Shown: in pieces, positions 58,138 through 64,000 of the stretch
Numbering within the stretch: position 1 is the first letter of the stretch
How the letters are laid out: every line of letters starts with the position of its first letter
NCBI GenBank assembly: GCA_964390745.1
Contig: CAYMIK010000001.1
Coordinates: forward strand, 48,670 to 112,669
Origin: an uncultured Candidatus Saccharibacteria bacterium
GTDB lineage: Bacteria; Patescibacteriota; JAUYIX01; CAYMIK01
DNA: 64,000 bases
Reading direction: 5' to 3'
Made by a program: the position numbers and the translations under genes
Notes under the pieces: generated by a model
Told to the model about the DNA's origin: nothing
Database searches by the model: none
What the model saw: the letters and a program-made list of their open reading frames with translations, nothing else

Positions 58138-61100
58138 ATGACAAAAACACAAATCAAAATTCGCGATTTTCACATTCGCGCTGCCCAGCTTCACGGAGCA
58201 TCTCGCGTCTTTTTATTATTGTATGTTTTGGTGCTCGAAATGTTCGTGGCAATTCATAAGATATTTGCACACTTTGTTTTTGGCAAGCACAAAGCCTTTG
58301 AAAAGTTTGCGTGCCGCGATGTACAAGGAGCAATTACTGATTCGTATAGTGATCACGAACGGTTCCATAAAATTTCACTGAGCAGTGTCACGATGGTGGC
58401 TCTTGTTTCGGTAATGTATGTTTTAGCTGGCGTTCTCGCACCTGGCCCACACATGCTTCGGGCTGCAAGTTTGATCGTGAATGACAACGGTGATGCTGGT
58501 GACGGTACATGTGATTCTTCGTGTACCTTGCGAGATGCGATAGAAAATGCCAACTCGAGCCCAGGCGCTGATGTTATTACATTTGACTCGGCAACAGTTA
58601 TTACGCCTACTTCGCCATTACCAGATATTACAGAAACAGTTTCCATTGATGGCGATGTTGATTCTAATGGCACTCCAGATGTTGTGATAAGTGGTGGCGC
58701 TGCCGGTGCAACGAGCGGCATAACGATTGCCTCAAATGACGTTACGATTTCTGGTCTCGTGATACAAGGATTTTCCGGTGATGGTATTTCTATCATTGGT
58801 AGCAACAATGTTATTACGCGTAACTACATTGGAACGAACTCAACAGCAACTTCGGCGGCTACGAATACAGGTAGTGGTATTACTATTGCCGATGATACGA
58901 TTGATCCAAGCTCGAACAACGTCATTGGCGGAACGAGTTCCTCTGATCGAAATATTATTTCGGGGAATACGCAAAACGGCGTAAAGCTGTCCGGAAGCTT
59001 TGTGACGGATAACGATGTTCAGGGTAACTACATTGGCACCAATGCTGCTGGAACCTCGGCCATTCCAAACGGACAATCAGGTATCCGAATTGAATCAAGC
59101 GCTTCGTCAAATATTATCGGTGGTAGCGTTGGGGCCTCAGATCCTGGAACTGCACCAGGAAACCTCATCAGCGGAAACACCTCAAGCGGAGTCATTCTTT
59201 TGAGTGACAACAACCAGGTGGCCGGAAATATTATTGGACTCAATGCGTCGGGCACGGCAGCTCTTGCCAACTCGGACGGATTTACCATTGCCGGATCTGG
59301 CAATACGGTTGGCGGTGCAAGCACATCGTTTAGAAACATCATCAGCGGCAATGCGAACGGTGTAACAATTACAGCCGGCGATAACACGGTCCAGTATAAC
59401 TATATTGGAACCAATATTGCGGGAGACACGGCAAGAGCTAATAGTTCCCGTGGCGTTCGTGTGAGTGGCGGACTCACGAATATTTACAACAACCTCGTTG
59501 CCGGAAATCCAACACAGCTGTATCTGCAATCAGATGCAGACATTAAGGGTAATATTGTGGGGTTGAACGCAGTAGGATCCGCAGCATTTGGAAGTCAGCA
59601 AAACGGCGTATATATCTTGGCAGGAACAGTAACGGTTGGGAGTACTTCGAGCTCTGATCGAAATGTTATCGCCGGAAACTCAAGCATTGGTATTGCGGTT
59701 ATTGGCAGCGGTCCCCGCGCAACCATTCAAGGAAACTATATCGGAACCGATGCAACCGGGGCAACGGCCATAGCAAACGGTATGGGGATTGGCATGGTTG
59801 GTGGCGCAACGGGCAACAGCATCGGCGATACAAACTCAGGAACTTCGTGTACGGGTGCATGCAACGTTATCTCTGGCAACACCACCGACGAAATTTTTAT
59901 TGATAGTGGTGCGCATGGAAATACTGTCCAAGGAAATTATATTGGCGTGAATGCTCTTGGCACAAAGCCAATCAGCTGGACAGCTTCGGGAGCTAAGCAT
60001 TCAATTCACATTCAGGACAACTCCTACAACAACCAAATTGGTGGTTCGCGGGATGAGAATGTTGCTGAGCTGGGCGATGGAAATCTTATTTCGGGAAATC
60101 AGCAAAGTGGCGGTGCCGGCATATATATCACACTGCACTCTTTCAACGGCACAACAGGAAATCCGATTCTTGGAAATCTTATAGGTACCAGCCCAACAGG
60201 TGCATTTCAGGATTCTTACAACAATACAACCGGTGCCGCCGGCGCTGATGGCATCAATGACTTCCGGAATGCCGTAGGATTTTACTGCATCGATTCTTCG
60301 TACTGTTCTCTTGGTGACGGAACAACGGCGCATGCAAACCTCATATCTGGAAACGGCGTGGGTGTTCAGATTTCGAACAATCCATTGTCAACGTATAATC
60401 TGAACTACATTGGTACCAATAAAACGGCCACACTTCCGTTTTCGAATTCAGCATATCAGGGCCAGAATGGTCTTCACTTTGGGATCTACTTTAATGGTGG
60501 TCACGACGAATCTGGATCTGTTGTTGAAAATAATATTATCTCTGGATTTTACAAGGCCGATCCTGATCTTTCGGGTGGTGTTTCTGCTGCCAGTATGGGC
60601 ATTGCTGTTGGTCTTGGAAGTTCTGATGGTTCAGGTGAACTCCGCAATATTACGTTCCTTCGAAACAAAATAGGAACTGATATTGACGGCACATCGGTCA
60701 TAAAAAACAATGTTGGTTTTTATTGCTTCAATGGTGGCAACGTTGAAATTGGGAGCAGTGATATTAATGATCGCAATATTATTTCTGGCAACGGCGAGGG
60801 TGGCGTAGGTGGGCCATTTGAAACACTCGCAGCTGATGGCTATTGCCGGGATATTACAATAGAAAAAAATTACTTCGGTACGGATATCAACGGAAACACA
60901 TCGCTTGGAAACGGTAATTCGTTGAACTTTTTGGCGGGCTCTGGTGCAATAACTGTCCAAGATAACGTTATTGGTAGCTCGGAAGAGGATGGCGTTCGAA
61001 CGGTTTCTTCAACGAACAACTACATTGGAAACAAAATTGGCGTTGGCGCCGATGGTACGACAAACCTTGCAAATGCCGCAGATGGCATCTCTGTTGATAC

Positions 61101-64000
61101 TTCGGGTGCCATGGTGCTCCAAAATAATGTCATTCGGAACAATGGACAGCGTGGTGTTCATCTTACGGAAGCCTCGGCGACCATTGACGGCAATACTGTA
61201 AGTAACAATACGGGTGATGGAATCACTCTGGATGATTCGAACTCTTGTACCATTACCGACAACACTATCACTGATAACGGTAATGTTGGTATTAATATGT
61301 CCGGAGTATCCGAATCGGCAATCGGTACAACGGGCCATGGCAATACGGTGACGGGTCATGCGGTAAGTGGCTTGGTACTTTCGAATGTATCACACACCAA
61401 TACCGTTATCGATAACACCATTTCTTCCAATGACGGCGATGCAAATGGCGCCGGGATATCGATCAATGAAAGTTTTAATAATACCGTTTCGAATAATACC
61501 CTCGATCAAAATGCTCGTGGCGTACTGCTCAGGGCAAGCGACTCGTTTTCTACCTACGAAAACACAGTGACGCAAAACGAAATCACCAATAGTACTGGTT
61601 CTGGTGTTGTGGTGCAAAATCCACAAACACAAGGAAACACCATTTCCAATAACACCATTTCGGCCAACCATGCCTATGGTATTGATAATGAAACCACCCA
61701 CTCGTCAGACGATCCAACCCCCACCGGCGGAGACAACGTTATCGACTCCAATACGCTGTCCCTCAACCTCCTTTCGGGAATTCGAAACTATGGCGCATCG
61801 CCAGCCATTACCAATAATACATTTACACAAAACGTTAAGAGTGGTGTTTCGAACGTTGTAAATTATGGTGCGAACACCAATCCAAGTACTGCTTCTGATG
61901 ACACAACGTCGCTGCCAGAAATTACCGGGAATACATTCAACGGAAATCAAGAATACGGAATATACAGTCTTGATACGGCGCCCTCAAACAAAGATACTTT
62001 GAAGGATGACAATACCTTTGATGACAACAATACGCTTGGGCGCATTCGCCAAGAGTGGTATGGACTTGTGAAAGTTACAGTAGAAGGCGTGATACAAGAT
62101 GCTGCTTCTGTTGATATTTTTGATAACACCGAAAGCGATAACCTTGCTTCGTTGGTTACTGCTGCTACGGGATATGCACCTGACACGGCAAGCCTTACCG
62201 ATGTGCAAACCTGGGAAGTGGTTCCCGAATTTCAAGTATCACCCACAGGAACGCTCCAAGCATTCTCGCCGCACAAAGTTATTGCTGCTGTTGATGGTGA
62301 CGCTGAAACGGTAACTTTTAAATACAATGGAGTAAATGACTCGGGCGAAGTAGGTCCAACGGGTTTTGGAAATACAAACGGACGCTACCAAGTAGCGTTA
62401 GTGAATATCACGAAGGTGCCCAACACCGTTCATGGCACGGTGTTTACTGACGTGAATGAAAATGGCACCAACGATAGCGAGGCTGGCAAGTCTGGTGTTG
62501 CAGTAACGTTGTATAAGAGCACGGACACAACCTTTGGAAGCGATACAGCAGCTGCTACAACTACTACGGCAAGTGACGGTACCTACACGTTCAGTGGGGT
62601 AGTGCAAGGAAATTATTTTGTAAAGATTTCCACTCCAACGAATTATGCCGATACCACTTCGAATCCAGGAAGTTTGATTACTTTTGCGAGCGAAAATGAA
62701 ACGAAGACACAAGATTTCGGAGTTGTTGCTGTGCCGCCTCCGCCGCCAACACCAAGCGGAACTATTCGGGGAACGGTATTCCAGGATACAAATAAAAATA
62801 AAGTTTTCGAAGGCGGAGAATTGGGCCTTTCGGGAATAGAAGTTTCGTTGTATAACGACTCGAATGCCAACGGTGCGTTTGACTCGGGCACCGATCAACT
62901 TTTAGCAACGCGAACAACGAACACGAGTGGTGTGTATCGTTTCATAGGCATAGGACTTCGAAATTACTTCCTTACCGTCCAAACTCCAACGAATCGTTCG
63001 CTTACCACAGCAAATAGCCCAACCGATCTTTTGAAACTCGATGTTGACGGCGAAACCCTGACGCAAGACTTTGGTTTTACTGCTTTGCCAGAAACTCCTA
63101 CTCCGGAACCCAAACCAACCCCCAAGCCTGGCTCTGGTGGTGGAACAAAACCCATCATTAATCCTATTACGGGTGGTTCTAATGTTGGCATTGTGGCACC
63201 ACGAACAGGTGCCAGTGCAACGAATTCTTTTGTTGCTATTGCAGCTGTTGTCTTGGCCGCCATTAACGTACTCACGGCTGCCGGTTCAGGCTTTCCGCTT
63301 TTGTTGCGTCTCCTCTTTGACCTTTTCACTGAGCCTTTGATGGCATTGTTCGGTGCAAAGAAAGAACCATGGGGCAAACTCTTTGACTCCATCACTAATG
63401 AGCCTATCGATTTGGGTATTGTTCGTTTGTACGATGCAAATACCATGAAGCTTACTGCAACTGCCGTAACGGATCGAACAGGACGTTTCAAATTTTTCCC
63501 AAAGAGAGGCTCGTATGTAGCGAAGGCAGACAAGAAGGGATATATTTTCCCTTCAAGCCTTTTGAAATCCGCTCCAGGATATCAGAAGCCAAACCTGTAT
63601 TTTGGTGATCGATTTAATATCTCTGACCAAAATCAAACCTTCAATCGTGATGTTCCTCTTGATCGTGAAAGCAAAGAGGGAAGTGAGAAACTTCTTTTGA
63701 AGCTCCATGCAAAACGAGTATTGCGAAACGTCTTTGCCTACTCGGGTATTGTTATTGGAATCGTGAATATGGTTGTCTTGCTTTCGTGGCTGACGTTTGG
63801 CATCTTCGTTGTGCACGTTATTCTCTTTGCATTCTTCTGGCGAATAACCCGGCCACGTAAACCAAAAACGTGGGGCATTGTCTATGACGAAGAAACAAAG
63901 AAGCCTATTGCGGGCGCAGTGGTTCGAATCTTTGACCAACGGTTTGGACGATTACTTGATGCCACGCTCTCGAATCGCAACGGAAAATTTGGATTCCTCA
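58138..64000 (+). CDS. Giant secreted/surface protein (>1950 aa, 3' end beyond window): right-handed parallel beta-helix repeats, tandem Cna-B/SdrD-B-like domains, Pro/Thr linker, C-terminal TM segments
   Basis: Frame-1 ORF from the ATG at 58138, open to the window end; absent from the ORF track because it is edge-truncated. DGTCDSSCTLRDAIENANSSPGADVITFDS motif. Repeated NYIGTN...GN.I.GN beta-helix rungs over about 3 kb. GTVFTDVNENGTNDSEAGKSGVAVTLYKS and GTVFQDTNKNKVFEGGELGLSGIEVSLYND are Cna-B-type domains. Hydrophobic C-terminal segments. Confidence 0.8.
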   Translation, partial: MTKTQIKIRDFHIRAAQLHGASRVFLLLYVLVLEMFVAIHKIFAHFVFGKHKAFEKFACRDVQGAITDSYSDHERFHKISLSSVTMVALVSVMYVLAGVLAPGPHMLRAASLIVNDNGDAGDGTCDSSCTLRDAIENANSSPGADVITFDSATVITPTSPLPDITETVSIDGDVDSNGTPDVVISGGAAGATSGITIASNDVTISGLVIQGFSGDGISIIGSNNVITRNYIGTNSTATSAATNTGSGITIADDTIDPSSNNVIGGTSSSDRNIISGNTQNGVKLSGSFVTDNDVQGNYIGTNAAGTSAIPNGQSGIRIESSASSNIIGGSVGASDPGTAPGNLISGNTSSGVILLSDNNQVAGNIIGLNASGTAALANSDGFTIAGSGNTVGGASTSFRNIISGNANGVTITAGDNTVQYNYIGTNIAGDTARANSSRGVRVSGGLTNIYNNLVAGNPTQLYLQSDADIKGNIVGLNAVGSAAFGSQQNGVYILAGTVTVGSTSSSDRNVIAGNSSIGIAVIGSGPRATIQGNYIGTDATGATAIANGMGIGMVGGATGNSIGDTNSGTSCTGACNVISGNTTDEIFIDSGAHGNTVQGNYIGVNALGTKPISWTASGAKHSIHIQDNSYNNQIGGSRDENVAELGDGNLISGNQQSGGAGIYITLHSFNGTTGNPILGNLIGTSPTGAFQDSYNNTTGAAGADGINDFRNAVGFYCIDSSYCSLGDGTTAHANLISGNGVGVQISNNPLSTYNLNYIGTNKTATLPFSNSAYQGQNGLHFGIYFNGGHDESGSVVENNIISGFYKADPDLSGGVSAASMGIAVGLGSSDGSGELRNITFLRNKIGTDIDGTSVIKNNVGFYCFNGGNVEIGSSDINDRNIISGNGEGGVGGPFETLAADGYCRDITIEKNYFGTDINGNTSLGNGNSLNFLAGSGAITVQDNVIGSSEEDGVRTVSSTNNYIGNKIGVGADGTTNLANAADGISVDTSGAMVLQNNVIRNNGQRGVHLTEASATIDGNTVSNNTGDGITLDDSNSCTITDNTITDNGNVGINMSGVSESAIGTTGHGNTVTGHAVSGLVLSNVSHTNTVIDNTISSNDGDANGAGISINESFNNTVSNNTLDQNARGVLLRASDSFSTYENTVTQNEITNSTGSGVVVQNPQTQGNTISNNTISANHAYGIDNETTHSSDDPTPTGGDNVIDSNTLSLNLLSGIRNYGASPAITNNTFTQNVKSGVSNVVNYGANTNPSTASDDTTSLPEITGNTFNGNQEYGIYSLDTAPSNKDTLKDDNTFDDNNTLGRIRQEWYGLVKVTVEGVIQDAASVDIFDNTESDNLASLVTAATGYAPDTASLTDVQTWEVVPEFQVSPTGTLQAFSPHKVIAAVDGDAETVTFKYNGVNDSGEVGPTGFGNTNGRYQVALVNITKVPNTVHGTVFTDVNENGTNDSEAGKSGVAVTLYKSTDTTFGSDTAAATTTTASDGTYTFSGVVQGNYFVKISTPTNYADTTSNPGSLITFASENETKTQDFGVVAVPPPPPTPSGTIRGTVFQDTNKNKVFEGGELGLSGIEVSLYNDSNANGAFDSGTDQLLATRTTNTSGVYRFIGIGLRNYFLTVQTPTNRSLTTANSPTDLLKLDVDGETLTQDFGFTALPETPTPEPKPTPKPGSGGGTKPIINPITGGSNVGIVAPRTGASATNSFVAIAAVVLAAINVLTAAGSGFPLLLRLLFDLFTEPLMALFGAKKEPWGKLFDSITNEPIDLGIVRLYDANTMKLTATAVTDRTGRFKFFPKRGSYVAKADKKGYIFPSSLLKSAPGYQKPNLYFGDRFNISDQNQTFNRDVPLDRESKEGSEKLLLKLHAKRVLRNVFAYSGIVIGIVNMVVLLSWLTFGIFVVHVILFAFFWRITRPRKPKTWGIVYDEETKKPIAGAVVRIFDQRFGRLLDATLSNRNGKFGFL

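Noticed and set aside
1-64000. CRISPR arrays, rRNA/tRNA genes, integrases/transposases or flanking direct repeats around the GC islands
   Set aside because: I scanned intergenic regions by eye for regularly spaced direct repeats, cloverleaf-compatible segments, and recombinase-like ORFs. None found. The islands therefore lack classical mobile-element hallmarks, which is itself noted in the findings.

Overview
This 64 kb window comes from a small-genome bacterium whose backbone I estimate by eye at about 45% G+C. It is mostly housekeeping genes in tight operons with recognisable sigma70-like promoters and hairpin-plus-T terminators. Gene content (FemX-like, MurE, LysM/CHAP, CWB2-type surface proteins, giant secreted proteins) suggests a Patescibacteria/CPR-like or Gram-positive-type organism; that is inference only.

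Recognisable genes:
- Repair and recombination: uvrB (partial), ruvA, recA, and an NHEJ module (Ku plus a split LigD ligase and polymerase domain).
- Cell wall and division: femX-like, murE, tsaB, a LysM/CHAP hydrolase, ftsK with a translationally coupled HExxH protein.
- Transcription and translation: rpoB-rpoC, efp, the rpsF-ssb-rpsR operon, ychF, RNase J.
- Metabolism and transport: gpmI, HAD hydrolase, a PEP-utilising-domain protein, an OppA-like binding protein, secG.
- Small domain proteins: cupin, HIT and RNHCP-domain proteins.

Four very large low-complexity or repeat proteins are also present:
- a 1911-aa protein with three internal ~150-aa repeats;
- two tandem paralogous beta-helix/PKD/CWB2 surface proteins;
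- a beta-helix/Cna-B protein of more than 1950 aa that runs off the window end.

The most striking signal is six short, sharply G+C-rich cassettes (about 60% by eye), at 1.8-3.6 kb, 8.0-8.6 kb, 40.0-40.5 kb, 41.7-42.3 kb, 46.9-47.9 kb and 56.2-58.0 kb. Each sits in an intergenic position, carries 1-4 ORFs with strong GGAGG-type RBSs, and three have their own near-consensus promoter and/or clean terminator. None of their products could be assigned to a known family. The four-gene high-GC operon between uvrB and ruvA is my best candidate for an undescribed, horizontally acquired or otherwise foreign system.

I found no rRNA, tRNA or CRISPR array.
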